Assembly (NCBI GenBank): GCA_963798085.1
Contig: CAWCRS010000008.1
Span: 352,001-416,000, forward strand
Reading direction: 5' to 3'
Origin: an uncultured Gemmatimonadales bacterium
GTDB lineage: Bacteria; Gemmatimonadota; Gemmatimonadetes; Longimicrobiales; RSA9
DNA: 64,000 nt
Shown in pieces: positions 1 to 10,548 of the stretch. Within the stretch, counting starts at the first letter, position 1; each line of letters begins with the position of its first letter. The notes below the pieces were generated by a model. That model saw only the letters and a list, made by a program, of their open reading frames with translations, did no database searches and was not told where the DNA came from. The translations under genes and the position numbers were made by a program.

Positions 1-101
1 GTCCTGTTGGCGCAGGCGGTGCGCGCATTCGCGAACCGTGAGCGGCGGCCGTATCCTGTCCGCGACGGGATTCGCCTGTGCGTGCGTGCGCGCGCAAGAC
101 C

Positions 102-1127
102 ATGCACGACGCAACGGCGAGTCGCGAGCCATGGGAGGTGGGATTGAGCCGTGCAAGCCGGTTGTGTCCCGGCGGTGTGCTGGCCGCTGCGCTGGTCGCG
201 TCGGCGGGAAGCGGGCTGGCGCAGGGCACCGGGGGCGCGCGCGAGGGCTACGTCACGACCACGGATGGCGCGCGCCTGTACTATCGCGTGATCGGGCAGC
301 GGGGCGACACGATCATCGCGCTGCACGGTGGGCCGGGTGTCGACCTCGAGAGCATCGCGGGGGATTTCGTGCCGCTGGCGCAGCGCCATGTCGTGATCTT
401 CTACGACCAGCGTGGCGCGGGGCGCTCGGAGCTGCCGGAGGACACGACGCGGCTGGCCGTGGCGCGACAGATTGCCGATCTCGATGAGGTGCGCGCGCAC
501 TTCGGCGTGCAGCGCGTCACGCTCGTCGCGCACTCGTACGGTCCGCTGCTCGCCGCGTCGTACGCACTGGCGCACCCGGATCATGTGAGCCGCATGGTGT
601 TCTTCGGCGCCGTGCCGCCCAGGCGAGGCGATTTCTGGCAGCGGTATGGGCAGAACATGAGTCCGCGCATGGACTCGACGCTGCGCGCGCGAGAGGCGGA
701 TGCGAGTCGTCGCCTGAATGATCCGCAGGCAGACACGAAGCAGGCGTGCCGCGACTACTGGGCGGTGGGTCTGCGCGTGCGTCTGGCCGAGCCCGATCGC
801 ACACTGTCGAAGATCCGCTCGGATCTCTGTGCCTCCGATCCGGCCGGCATCCGCTACGGACTCAGTACGACGAATCGTGTGGTGATGGGTTATTTCGGCG
901 ACTGGGATCTGCGTGAACGCCTGCGTTCGCTGAACGTGCCCACACTCATTGTGCATGGTGAGGCTGACGCGATTCCCATGGATCTCGTGGAGGAATGGGC
1001 GACGTCGCTGCCGAACGCTCGACTCGTACGTGTGCCGCGCGCGGGTCACTTCAGCTACGCCGAGCGACCGGATTTCGTGTGGCCGGAAGTCGAGAAGTTT
1101 CTGGACGGCGCGCGGAAGACGCCGTGA
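102..1127 (+). CDS. Alpha/beta hydrolase, proline iminopeptidase-like, probably exported
   Basis: HGGPG oxyanion motif, YDQRGAGRS, nucleophile elbow AHSYG, HGEAD acid, C-terminal GH. Start uncertain (78, 102 or later). Confidence 0.8.
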   Translation: MHDATASREPWEVGLSRASRLCPGGVLAAALVASAGSGLAQGTGGAREGYVTTTDGARLYYRVIGQRGDTIIALHGGPGVDLESIAGDFVPLAQRHVVIFYDQRGAGRSELPEDTTRLAVARQIADLDEVRAHFGVQRVTLVAHSYGPLLAASYALAHPDHVSRMVFFGAVPPRRGDFWQRYGQNMSPRMDSTLRAREADASRRLNDPQADTKQACRDYWAVGLRVRLAEPDRTLSKIRSDLCASDPAGIRYGLSTTNRVVMGYFGDWDLRERLRSLNVPTLIVHGEADAIPMDLVEEWATSLPNARLVRVPRAGHFSYAERPDFVWPEVEKFLDGARKTP

Positions 1128-1330
1128 TGGCGGAGCACGAACAGTGCTGCCTGCTGGCGGTAACATACGCGCTCTTCCACGCGGCGAGGGGTCCGGCGCG
1201 CGTAGCCCTGTAGCCCGTTGCCGCGGTGCGGTCCCGCGCCGGACCGCCGGGGACCGCAGAACGCGATACGCCGCTGCGGCCACACAGCGGCCAGGCCCCT
1301 GCTCGCTTCAGGCGTTATCTTGAGCGCATC

Positions 1331-3835
1331 GTGAAACTCCTCACCCCGATCCCTGAACTGCTCGCTCCCGCCGGGAGCCTGGACGCCGTCCGCGCCGCCA
1401 TCGCGAATGGCGCGAATGCCGTCTACCTGGGCGCGGAGCAGTTCAATGCGCGGGACGAGGGCGCGCAGTTCAGCATGGCCGATGTGGAGCAGGCCTGCCG
1501 GCTGGCGCACGCGCGGGGTGTGCGCATTTACCTCACCTGGAACATCCTCTTCAAGCCGGCCGAGCTGAAGGCTGCGCTGCTGCACCTGGGCGACTGCATC
1601 GACTGCGGCATTGACGCGGCCATCGTGCAGGACATGGGCGCGATCCGGCTGGTGCGGCAGCTCTATCCGCGGCTGGAGATCCACGGCTCGACGCAGATGA
1701 CGGTGCACGATGCGGCGGGTGCGCGCGTGCTGCACGAGCTGGGCGTGCAGCGCGTGGTGCTGGCGCGCGAGAACACGCTCGATGACATCCGTGTTATCCG
1801 CGAGGCGGTGCCGGAGCTGGGGCTCGAGGGTTTCGTGCACGGTGCGCTCTGCATCGCCTACTCGGGGCAGTGCTACATGTCGGGCATGATCTCCGAGCGC
1901 AGCGCCAACCGCGGCGCCTGTGCGCAGTCGTGTCGCAAGGACTACGTGCTGGGCGATGCCGACACGAGCGACGAGCTGGACCGCGGCTATCTCATCTCGG
2001 CGCGGGATCTGTCGGCGTGGGAGCATCTCGAAGCCATTGCGTCGGCGGGCATCCGCTGCCTCAAGATCGAGGGTCGCAAGAAGAAGCCGGAGTACGTGGC
2101 CACGGTGACGCGCACGTACCGCGACTTCCTCGATCGCGTGGCCGCGGGGGAATGGCGGCCGCCCACCGAGTCGGAAGTGCAGCCGCTGGTGCAGATCTTC
2201 TCGCGTGGCTTCACGGGCGGCATGTACGGCGGTCGCGCGGGTCGCGACTACGTGACGCGCAATCATCCGGACAATCGCGGCGCCGTGCTGGGCCACGTGC
2301 TGGGCATGGAGGGCAGAGAGCTGCTGCTCGCGCTGACCAGCCCGGTGGGTGTGGGCGATGGGCTGGGCTTCGAGCATCCGGATGGCGCGGCGCATGGTAA
2401 CACGGGGTTTGGCGTGACGCAGGTGCGCGATCTGGGGCAGCGCGATGGGCGCTATCGACAGGCGATCAATGCGGGTGCGCGCGTCCCCGAGGGCTGGGTA
2501 GTGGTGCGCTCGGCGCAGGCGTCGCTGCTGGAGCACGCGAGGGCATCGTTCGCGGGCGTCGCAGGGGTCGCGCCGAAAAGGACGCGGCTGGACGTGCGGG
2601 CCCGCGGCCACGCCGGCGAGGCGCTCGAGCTGACGTTCATGGCAGGCGACGATGCCAGTACCGTGGCCAGCACGATTCCACTGGCACTGGCGACGAAGCA
2701 TGGCCTGGACGGTGCCCGCCTGCGCGAGCAGCTGGGCCGGCTGGGCGAGACGCCGTTCGTGCTGGGGTCGCTCGATGCGAGCGGGCTCGAGACGGGCCTG
2801 TTCCTGCCCGTCAGCGTGCTGAACGATCTCCGCCAGCAGGCGGTGGCGGCCCTGATCGCGCGGCGCGCGCAGGCGGAGCGGGAGCGGCTGGGTGCGCGCG
2901 AGCAGGCCATTGATGCCGCGCTGAAACAGCGGGTTAGCGCGCACCGCCCGGCCCTGGACGACGTGCCGGGCGAGGCCGGGTTCCGACTGGTCGCGGAGGT
3001 TTGGCGCGTGGAGGACGCACAGGCCGCGGCCGATGCCGGCGCCACGGAGGTCTCGCTGGATCCGTTCCTGCGCCATCCGCCGGCGTCGGTGGCCCGGGTC
3101 CGTGCGCTGCGCGAGGCGCTGCACCCGAGAGGCATAACACTTCGTTTGCGACTGCCCACCATCGTGCGGCCGGAGGAACGTCCCACGCTGGACCGCTGGC
3201 TGGCGCTGGAAACGCCCCTCGTGGCCGGCCATGTCGGGCTGCTGGCGGAGCTGAGCAGAGCCGGACGCGACGTCGTCGCCGACTACGGTGTGAACTGCTT
3301 CAACGCACACACGGCCGCGGAGCTGTTCCGGCTGGGCGCACGCCGCATTGTGCTGTCCGTGGAGCTGACCGGCGAGGAGATGGTGCAGGTGGCACTGCCC
3401 TGGGCGGGCGCGGGCTTCGAGGTGTTCGTCTACGGCCGGCCCGAGGGCATGACCCTCGAGCATTGCGTGCTGTCCGCGGCCTTCGACCGCGAGCCCACCA
3501 CGTGTCGCGACCTGTGCGTGCAGAAGCATCCAAACGTCGTGTTGACGGATCCCGCGGGCTACGCCTTCCCCGTGGCGACGGACGCGGCCTGCCGTAATCG
3601 TCTGTTGCACTCGCGGCCGGTGGACGGGTCGGCGTATCTGCCCGGTCTCTGGCGCGACGGCTTCCGCAGTTACCGCCTGGTGTTCAACGTGCCGGGCGAT
3701 CCGGTGGCCGAGGTGACGGGCGCATATCGCATGCTGCTCGCTGCGCTGGCCGCAGGCGAGGCGGCGCCGGAGCGGGCGCTGCGGGCCGTGATCGGCCGGG
3801 AGTATACGCGCGGCCATTTCGCGCGGGCGGTCTGA
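1331..3835 (+). CDS. U32 family protein, RlhA-like rRNA hydroxylase architecture (U32 + DUF3656-like + second U32-like domain)
   Basis: PELLAPAGS, HGALCIAYSGQC, NRGACAQSCR, LKIEGR motifs, C-terminal TRGHF; GTG start at 1331. Confidence 0.85.
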   Translation: MKLLTPIPELLAPAGSLDAVRAAIANGANAVYLGAEQFNARDEGAQFSMADVEQACRLAHARGVRIYLTWNILFKPAELKAALLHLGDCIDCGIDAAIVQDMGAIRLVRQLYPRLEIHGSTQMTVHDAAGARVLHELGVQRVVLARENTLDDIRVIREAVPELGLEGFVHGALCIAYSGQCYMSGMISERSANRGACAQSCRKDYVLGDADTSDELDRGYLISARDLSAWEHLEAIASAGIRCLKIEGRKKKPEYVATVTRTYRDFLDRVAAGEWRPPTESEVQPLVQIFSRGFTGGMYGGRAGRDYVTRNHPDNRGAVLGHVLGMEGRELLLALTSPVGVGDGLGFEHPDGAAHGNTGFGVTQVRDLGQRDGRYRQAINAGARVPEGWVVVRSAQASLLEHARASFAGVAGVAPKRTRLDVRARGHAGEALELTFMAGDDASTVASTIPLALATKHGLDGARLREQLGRLGETPFVLGSLDASGLETGLFLPVSVLNDLRQQAVAALIARRAQAERERLGAREQAIDAALKQRVSAHRPALDDVPGEAGFRLVAEVWRVEDAQAAADAGATEVSLDPFLRHPPASVARVRALREALHPRGITLRLRLPTIVRPEERPTLDRWLALETPLVAGHVGLLAELSRAGRDVVADYGVNCFNAHTAAELFRLGARRIVLSVELTGEEMVQVALPWAGAGFEVFVYGRPEGMTLEHCVLSAAFDREPTTCRDLCVQKHPNVVLTDPAGYAFPVATDAACRNRLLHSRPVDGSAYLPGLWRDGFRSYRLVFNVPGDPVAEVTGAYRMLLAALAAGEAAPERALRAVIGREYTRGHFARAV

Positions 3836-3995
3836 GCTCCCGCCACCGCCGGTTGGCGGCCTCGCGCCGTGGCATTGGGGCGGGCGCTCGTCACGGACGC
3901 ATTGCGGGTGAACCCCGCACACTTGTCGCCAACCCGCCGCGCACGTCATGTGTCCAACAGCAAGCGCAGGAATCCCCCTTCCGAATGAGGCAATC

Positions 3996-6350
3996 ATGAG
4001 GTTCAGCACCGCCATTGTTGCGAGCGCGGGGCTCGTGTGCGTGCTGGTCGCCGGGCCGGCGGCCGCGCAGGGGTACGGCCAGGCCGTACTGGTATCGGGC
4101 AACGAGGTGCTGGTGGGCGAGTCGCTGTACACCACGCGGCCGGGCTACGTCTACATTTACCGCAAGTCGGGCAGCCGCTGGGTCGAGGCGACGAAGCTGC
4201 AGGCTTCGGATGCAGCGCCTAACGACCATTTCGGGCGCACGCTGACCCTTGCCGAGGGCGACCTGCTGGTGAGCGCGACCGTGGCGCGGCAGTCGGGCGT
4301 GCTGTACGTGTTCTCGCGTGATGGCGACAGCTGGCGCGAGACGGCAGCGCTGCTGCCCAGTGATGCGCACCCGCAGGGCTCGTTCGGGCGGGTGAGCGTG
4401 ACCGATGGGCACAGCGTGATGCTGTCCTCGTGGGCATCAGACTCCAGCCGGGGCGCGGTGTACGTGTTCGAGAAGCAGAACGGTGCCTGGCGCGAGACCG
4501 CGAAGCTGCGGGCCGGTGACGGCGAGCCCAACGACTGGTTCGGCTTCTCCATGGCGATCGCCGGCGACCGCCTTGCCATTGGCGCGAGCCGCCGGGAGCG
4601 CGGACGCGGAGCTGTGTACCTGTTCCGGCGCAGTGGCGGCAGCTGGCAGGAGACGGCCCGTCTCATGCCGCCCGACACGGCCGCTAACACGGGGTTCGGC
4701 TCGGCCGTCGCCTTCGCCGGGGATGCCCTGCTGATCAGCGCGCCGGGCGCGGACGGCTTCGTGGGCGCCATCTACGGCTATCGCGCGGATGCGAACGGCA
4801 CCTGGACGCAGGCCGCGCGCGTTACGCCTCCGGCCGGCACCACACCCAACAACACGTTCGGCTCCGTGCTGCAGACGGTGGGCGACGAAGTGTGGGCGGG
4901 TGCGCCGGGCATCGACACCGGGCGCATGTATCGCCTCACGAAGGCAGCGGATGGCAACTGGCAGAGTGTCGTGTACCTGGGTGCACGCGACCTGCAGCCC
5001 GGCGACGGCTTTGCGGGCGCGCTCGACGTGAACGGATCACTCGCGGTCGCCGGTGTCGTGGGAGACGACTTCGGTCTGGGCTCAGCCGTGATCTACGAGA
5101 AGAGCAACAACAACTGGTCGGAATCGGCCCGCCTGGTGACCGAGGTGAAGGGGCTGGATCCCATTGTCGGCAACAAGGTCGACTGCACGGGCGGCAAGGC
5201 CAGTCTGTACGACTGCGGCGATGTCGACATCATGTCGTTCCTGCCCGTGCAGCAGGTGGGCGGCGGGCGAGGTGTGCAGCTGAACGACCTGTGGGGCTGG
5301 ACCAATGCACGCACCGGCAAGGAGTGGGCGCTGGTGGGGCGTGTCGATGGCACGTCGTTCATCGACCTGAGCGATCCCAACCACCCGGTGTACGTGGGCG
5401 ATCTGCCACTCACGAAGGGCGCCCGGCCCAGCATCTGGCGCGACATCAAGGTCTACAGGGATCACGCCTACATCGTGTCCGATGGTTCCGGTCCACACGG
5501 CATGCAGGTCTTCGATCTCACCCGCCTGCGCAACGTGCCGCGTTCGAAGATGCCGATGACCTTCACCGAGGACGCGCACTACGACCACATCGCCAGCGCG
5601 CACAACATCGTAATCAACGAAGCGACCGGCTTTGCCTACGCGGTGGGCGCCAATTCCGGCGGCGAGACCTGCGGCGGCGGGCTGCACATGATCGACATCC
5701 GCGAACCCGCGAAACCGAAGTTTGCGGGCTGTTTCCAGGACACGCAGACGGGCATTCAGCGGACAGGCTACACGCACGATGCGCAGTGCGTCGTCTATCA
5801 CGGCCCGGACGCGAAGTTCAAGGATCACGAGATCTGCATGGGTGCCAACGAGACCATGCTGTCCATCGCCGACGTGACGGACAAGAGCAAGCCGGTCTCA
5901 CTGGCGCGCGCCGGTTATCCCAGCGTGGGCTATGCGCACCAGGGCTGGCTGGATGAGCAGCACGAGTACTTCTACATGGATGATGAAACCGACGAGATAT
6001 CGGGCAACATCCAGCACACGCGGACGCTGGTGTGGGATGTGAAGGACCTCGAGGATCCGGTGCTGGTCAAGGAGTATTTCGGACCCAGCACTTCGAGCGA
6101 CCACAACCTCTACGTGCGCGGCAACCTGGTGTACGAATCGAACTACGTCAGCGGCCTGCGCATCATCGACATCTCGAATCGCACGGATCCCAAGGAAGTC
6201 GGCTTCTTCGACACCGTGCCGGGCAATGATGCGCCGGGTTTCGACGGCTCCTGGTCGAACTACCCGTTCTTCGCGAGTGGCACGATCGTGGTCACGAGCA
6301 TGAAGGAAGGCGTGTTCTTCCTGCGCCGGCACACGCGCGCGGTGTCGTAA
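3996..6350 (+). CDS. Secreted choice-of-anchor B family protein (FG-GAP repeats + LVIVD-like propeller)
   Basis: Signal peptide; repeated FG/GAVYVF units; NDLWGW, WRDIKVY, HDAQCV, HQGW, DHNLYV, WSNYPFF. Confidence 0.8.
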   Translation: MRFSTAIVASAGLVCVLVAGPAAAQGYGQAVLVSGNEVLVGESLYTTRPGYVYIYRKSGSRWVEATKLQASDAAPNDHFGRTLTLAEGDLLVSATVARQSGVLYVFSRDGDSWRETAALLPSDAHPQGSFGRVSVTDGHSVMLSSWASDSSRGAVYVFEKQNGAWRETAKLRAGDGEPNDWFGFSMAIAGDRLAIGASRRERGRGAVYLFRRSGGSWQETARLMPPDTAANTGFGSAVAFAGDALLISAPGADGFVGAIYGYRADANGTWTQAARVTPPAGTTPNNTFGSVLQTVGDEVWAGAPGIDTGRMYRLTKAADGNWQSVVYLGARDLQPGDGFAGALDVNGSLAVAGVVGDDFGLGSAVIYEKSNNNWSESARLVTEVKGLDPIVGNKVDCTGGKASLYDCGDVDIMSFLPVQQVGGGRGVQLNDLWGWTNARTGKEWALVGRVDGTSFIDLSDPNHPVYVGDLPLTKGARPSIWRDIKVYRDHAYIVSDGSGPHGMQVFDLTRLRNVPRSKMPMTFTEDAHYDHIASAHNIVINEATGFAYAVGANSGGETCGGGLHMIDIREPAKPKFAGCFQDTQTGIQRTGYTHDAQCVVYHGPDAKFKDHEICMGANETMLSIADVTDKSKPVSLARAGYPSVGYAHQGWLDEQHEYFYMDDETDEISGNIQHTRTLVWDVKDLEDPVLVKEYFGPSTSSDHNLYVRGNLVYESNYVSGLRIIDISNRTDPKEVGFFDTVPGNDAPGFDGSWSNYPFFASGTIVVTSMKEGVFFLRRHTRAVS

Positions 6351-6368
6351 CGGGTCGCGCTCCCGGGC

Positions 6369-9300
6369 TCAGGACCCGCCTCCGCCGCGCAGCTGCACGG
6401 GCGTGAGGCGGGTCGGCACGGCCGCGGCGCGCTGCAACAGGTCCGCGAACCCGCCTGTCAGCAGCGTGTTGAGCTTGCCCACATCCTCTTCGAGCTGCGC
6501 GCCCAGGGCGTTCAGTTCGCGCTGCTGCGCCTCCGTGGGCGCGGCCAATGCCGCCTGCAATGAGCCATCCAGATCGAGGTAGCGGAACTTCGGCCCGCCG
6601 AAGCCGGGCCGGAAACGCGCGGCCAGCGAATCCAGGCGGGCCGTGACGTCGCTCATCAGCGGCGCGATCGAATCGTGCTGCGCCGCGTTGTTCTTCACGG
6701 ACTCCTGGATTGCCGCCTTCTCCTTCGACATCCCGTCCCACAGGCGGGATGCCGCCATGAAACCGCGCAGCAGCTCCTGCAGGCGCAGCTCAGCCGTGTG
6801 CCGAGCCTCGAGCGCCGGGCGGGGCGCGTTCACCCGCGGATCGGCGCGCACTTCCAGATTCTGCGACGCCGTGGCGCCCGCACCCTCGATGGTGACCGTG
6901 TAGTTGCCGGGCAGCACCCACGGCCCGCGCGGCGGCCCGAACCAGCCCTCATCCTGATCGGTCACGCCATCCACGCGCGCGTAGCGCAGGTCCCAGGAAA
7001 TGCGGTGCACGCCGCGGCTCGCGGATGACGTCAATGTGCGCACGGTCCGGCCCGCCGCATCGGCAATCGTGATGTGCATGCTGTCCGCGTTGTTCGTTGC
7101 CGTGGCGATCGTGTAGGTAATGAGCGCGCCTTCGGGCGGATTGGGTGCGGCGAAGGTACGTGCGCCCGGCATCGGCAGCATACGCTTCATGTACTGCTGC
7201 GTGGCCGCGCGGATGGGCGCGAGCGTGAGCGGCCGGCCCATGGTGGTGGGGTCGCCGTTCTCGATCAGGGTCGCATCATCCAGCACAATGAAGCCTCGCC
7301 CGTGTGTGGCGAGGATCAGGTCGTCGGTCTTCTCGTTGTAGAGCACGTCATCGATGCGCACGCGCGGCACAGTGCCGCGCACCAGCTGCCAGTTGCGGCC
7401 GCCGTTCCAGGTGACGTAGAGGCCGAACTCGGTGCCGGCGAAGAGCAGGTCGCGGTTGCGCGGATGCTCGGCCAGCGCGCGCACCACGGTGCCGGCGGGC
7501 AGGTCGCCGGCAATGGACGTGAAGGAATTGCCGCCATCGGTGCTGCGGAAGATGTACGGCATCATGTCGTCGTCGTAGTGGCCATCGAAGGTGACGTAGG
7601 CGATCTGTGTGCCGAAGCGGGAGAGCAGCACGCGGCTCACCCAGCGCGGCGCGGGCAGCCGGAAGCGGTCGCCGAAGTTACGCCAGGTCTCGCCGCCATC
7701 GGTGGTCATCTGCACGTTGCCGTCATCGGTGCCCACCAGCAGCGTGCCCGCCGCGAGCGGCGACTCGGAGATCGTCGTGATGGTGCCGTACCACTCGATG
7801 CCATCGTCGCGGGACAGGGTAGTCGAGTCGCGGGTCAGGCCCATGATGGGCAGCTTCTTCCAGTCCTGCTGGCGGGACAGGTCGGGCGAGATCACCTTCC
7901 AGGTCAGACCGGCATCGCGCGTCTCGAACAGCCTGTTACCACCGTAATAGATGATGCCCGGATCGTGCGGCGAGCGCAGCTGCGGCGTGTCCCAGTTGAA
8001 GTGGTACTGCTCTTTCGGATCGTCGGGCACGGGACGCACGCCCTGCTCCTCGCGCGTCTGCAGGTCCACGTGGTAGGCGCGGCCGTTCTGCGAGTTGGCG
8101 AACACGTAACGCGGGTTGCGCAGGTCCGCGGTGGCGTAGAAGCCATCGCCGTACGCGGTGTTGATCACGTCGTCGCCGGTGATGCCGATGAGCGCCGCGG
8201 TGCGCGAGGGCATGGCCCAGGAGCCGTTGTCCTGCGCGCCGCCGAACAGCCAGTAGGGGTCGCGCTGATCCACGTCCACGTCGTAGAACTGGCCGATGGG
8301 GATGTTGTTGATGTAGTCCCAGTGGCGCGCGCCATCGTACGTGAAGTGCAGTCCGCCATCGTTGCCCAGCATCATGTGGTCGGGATTTCCGGGGTCGATC
8401 CATAACGCGTGATTATCGACATGGATGCGTTCCGCCGTGCTGTCCGTGGTGAACGTCTTCCCGCCATCAATGGAGAGGTGCACGTTGGTGTCCAGCATCC
8501 ACAGGCGGTCCGGGTGCTGGGGATCCACGCGCAGCTGCGAGTAGTACATGGCGCGCGGATCGAGCGTGCTGGTGCGGCGCCAGGTCGCGCCCCGGTCATC
8601 GGAGCGGAACACGCCGCCGTCATGGTTCTCGATTGCCGCATACACGGTGTTGGGGCTGGAAGCGGCAATGGCGATGCCGATGCGGCCGGTGGGTCCGGCG
8701 GGCAGGCCGTTCGTGAGGCGCTCCCATGTGTCGCCGCCATCCAGCGAGCGCCACAGCCCGCTGCCCGGTCCGCCGCCCACGAAGCCGTAACCGGCGCGGC
8801 GCCGCTGGTAGCTGGCGGCGTAGACAATGCGCCCGTCAGGATCGAGGGCGACGTCGGTCACGCCCGTGTTCTCGTCGATGGTGAGGACCTTCTGCCAGGT
8901 CCGGCCGCCATCCCGCGTGCGATAGAGGCCGCGCTCCGCGTTGGGTCCGAAGAGATGCCCGAGCGCCGCGACGAACACGGTGTTCGGGTCGCGCGGATGG
9001 ATGACAATGCGGCCGATGTGCTGGCTGTCGCGCAGACCCATGAACGTCCAGGTGGTGCCACCGTCGAGCGAACGGTAGACGCCATCGCCCCAGGTCGTGC
9101 TCTGCCGGTTGTTGGGCTCGCCCGTGCCCACCCACACGATGTTGGGATCCGAGGGCGCAATCGCGATGTCGCCGATGGAGATGGAGCCGCCGTACGCGTC
9201 GAAGACGGGCGTCCAGGTCACGCCGTTGTTGAGGCTGCGCCAGACACCGCCGCCGGCGGCGCCGACGAAGATCGTCGTCGGCCGCGAGGGCACGGCCTCG

Positions 9301-9464
9301 ATGTCGTCGATGCGACCGCCGAAGATGGCGGGGCCGAGCTGGCGCCAGCGGAGCTGATCGAGCGCCGGGCGCTGCGCGTCCGGGCCCTGGGCTCGGGCCG
9401 CACCGGCAAAGCTGGCGAGCAATACAAGACAACAGGCGCGGGCGAATGCGCGTTGGGCCGACAT
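6369..9464 (-). CDS. Secreted BNR/VPS10 (sortilin-like) beta-propeller glycosyl-hydrolase-like protein
   Basis: Signal peptide, WRQLGP..GGRI, many SxDGGxTW Asp-boxes, HVDNHALWIDP, GGAQDNG. Confidence 0.85.
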   Translation of the reverse strand: MSAQRAFARACCLVLLASFAGAARAQGPDAQRPALDQLRWRQLGPAIFGGRIDDIEAVPSRPTTIFVGAAGGGVWRSLNNGVTWTPVFDAYGGSISIGDIAIAPSDPNIVWVGTGEPNNRQSTTWGDGVYRSLDGGTTWTFMGLRDSQHIGRIVIHPRDPNTVFVAALGHLFGPNAERGLYRTRDGGRTWQKVLTIDENTGVTDVALDPDGRIVYAASYQRRRAGYGFVGGGPGSGLWRSLDGGDTWERLTNGLPAGPTGRIGIAIAASSPNTVYAAIENHDGGVFRSDDRGATWRRTSTLDPRAMYYSQLRVDPQHPDRLWMLDTNVHLSIDGGKTFTTDSTAERIHVDNHALWIDPGNPDHMMLGNDGGLHFTYDGARHWDYINNIPIGQFYDVDVDQRDPYWLFGGAQDNGSWAMPSRTAALIGITGDDVINTAYGDGFYATADLRNPRYVFANSQNGRAYHVDLQTREEQGVRPVPDDPKEQYHFNWDTPQLRSPHDPGIIYYGGNRLFETRDAGLTWKVISPDLSRQQDWKKLPIMGLTRDSTTLSRDDGIEWYGTITTISESPLAAGTLLVGTDDGNVQMTTDGGETWRNFGDRFRLPAPRWVSRVLLSRFGTQIAYVTFDGHYDDDMMPYIFRSTDGGNSFTSIAGDLPAGTVVRALAEHPRNRDLLFAGTEFGLYVTWNGGRNWQLVRGTVPRVRIDDVLYNEKTDDLILATHGRGFIVLDDATLIENGDPTTMGRPLTLAPIRAATQQYMKRMLPMPGARTFAAPNPPEGALITYTIATATNNADSMHITIADAAGRTVRTLTSSASRGVHRISWDLRYARVDGVTDQDEGWFGPPRGPWVLPGNYTVTIEGAGATASQNLEVRADPRVNAPRPALEARHTAELRLQELLRGFMAASRLWDGMSKEKAAIQESVKNNAAQHDSIAPLMSDVTARLDSLAARFRPGFGGPKFRYLDLDGSLQAALAAPTEAQQRELNALGAQLEEDVGKLNTLLTGGFADLLQRAAAVPTRLTPVQLRGGGGS

Positions 9465-9646
9465 GGCAACTCCGTTCCGGTCTGAATCAGGCAGTCACGC
9501 AGGAATCTCGGCCGCGGGGCGCCCACAGGCAACGCCCGGCCGCGCGCGCCACGCTCGCGGGCGGCGCAGTCCACGCGGCGGGAAGCGGCATTACCGGCCT
9601 TCTGCGGGGCTTTCCCGGGCGGGTCCGCGCGGATTACGATAGCACG

Positions 9647-10525
9647 ATGTTCGAGTCGATTACAGCCACACAGCAGGCGCTTTCCAGCCGCCGCTATTTC
9701 GCCGATGACGCGCTCGCTACCAGCCTGTTCCTGGCGTTGCGCATGGAGAAGGCGCTCTTCCTGGAAGGCGAGCCCGGTGTGGGCAAGACGGAAGTCGCGC
9801 GCGTCGTCGCCGAGCTGCTGGGCACGCCGCTCATCCGGCTGCAATGCTACGAGGGCCTGGACCTGAGCCAGGCCGTCTACGAGTGGAACTATCCGCGCCA
9901 GCTGATCGAGATTCAGTCGCGGGCCGGTCATGTGGCAGGCGACGATGCCACGTCCGACATCTTCAGCGAGAAGTACCTGCTGCGACGGCCTCTGCTGCAG
10001 GCCATCGATCGCAGCCACGAGCGCGCACCCGTGCTGCTCATCGATGAGCTGGATCGCGCGGACGAGGAATTCGAGTCGTTCCTGCTCGAGCTGCTGGCCG
10101 ACTTCCAGATCACGATTCCCGAGCTGGGCACGCTGCACGCCGAGCACCGGCCGCTGACGTTCATCACGTCGAACCGCACGCGCGAGATCCACGACGCGCT
10201 CAAGCGCCGCTGCATTTACCACTGGATCGATTACCCATCCGCGGAGCTGGAACTCGAGATCATCCTGGCGAAGGTGCCGGAAGCGCCGGCAGCGCTGGCC
10301 CGGCAGGTGGTGGCCTTCGTGCAGCGGCTGCGCCAGGAGGAGCTGTACAAGCGGCCGGGCGTCGCGGAATCGCTGGACTGGGCGCGCGCGCTCGTGCACC
10401 TGAGCGTGACCCGCCTCGATGCCGCGTCGATCGAGCGTACCCTGGGTCTGCTGCTCAAGTACCAGGACGATGTCGTGCAGACACGCGGGGGCGTGCTGGA
10501 GCGGTTGCTGGAGGCGTCGCGTTGA
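9647..10525 (+). CDS. coxD: MoxR-type AAA+ ATPase, CoxD-like CODH maturation factor
   Basis: Walker A GEPGVGKT, RLQCYEG, Walker B LLIDELD, TSNRTRE, DALKRRC; followed by a VWA gene near coxMSL. Confidence 0.8.
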   Translation: MFESITATQQALSSRRYFADDALATSLFLALRMEKALFLEGEPGVGKTEVARVVAELLGTPLIRLQCYEGLDLSQAVYEWNYPRQLIEIQSRAGHVAGDDATSDIFSEKYLLRRPLLQAIDRSHERAPVLLIDELDRADEEFESFLLELLADFQITIPELGTLHAEHRPLTFITSNRTREIHDALKRRCIYHWIDYPSAELELEIILAKVPEAPAALARQVVAFVQRLRQEELYKRPGVAESLDWARALVHLSVTRLDAASIERTLGLLLKYQDDVVQTRGGVLERLLEASR

Positions 10526-10548
10526 ATGGCCGCTAATCAGGTGTTGGG

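Noticed and set aside
1..145. Open frame at the window start (VLLAQAVRAFANR...)
   Set aside because: Could be the end of an upstream gene, but it is too short and has no recognisable motif.
1055..4135. 1026-aa minus-strand ORF and other long antisense ORFs (e.g. 33613-35538, 46481-48577, 55939-57573, 58996-60507)
   Set aside because: They shadow well-supported genes on the opposite strand, have no motifs, and are expected in high-GC DNA.
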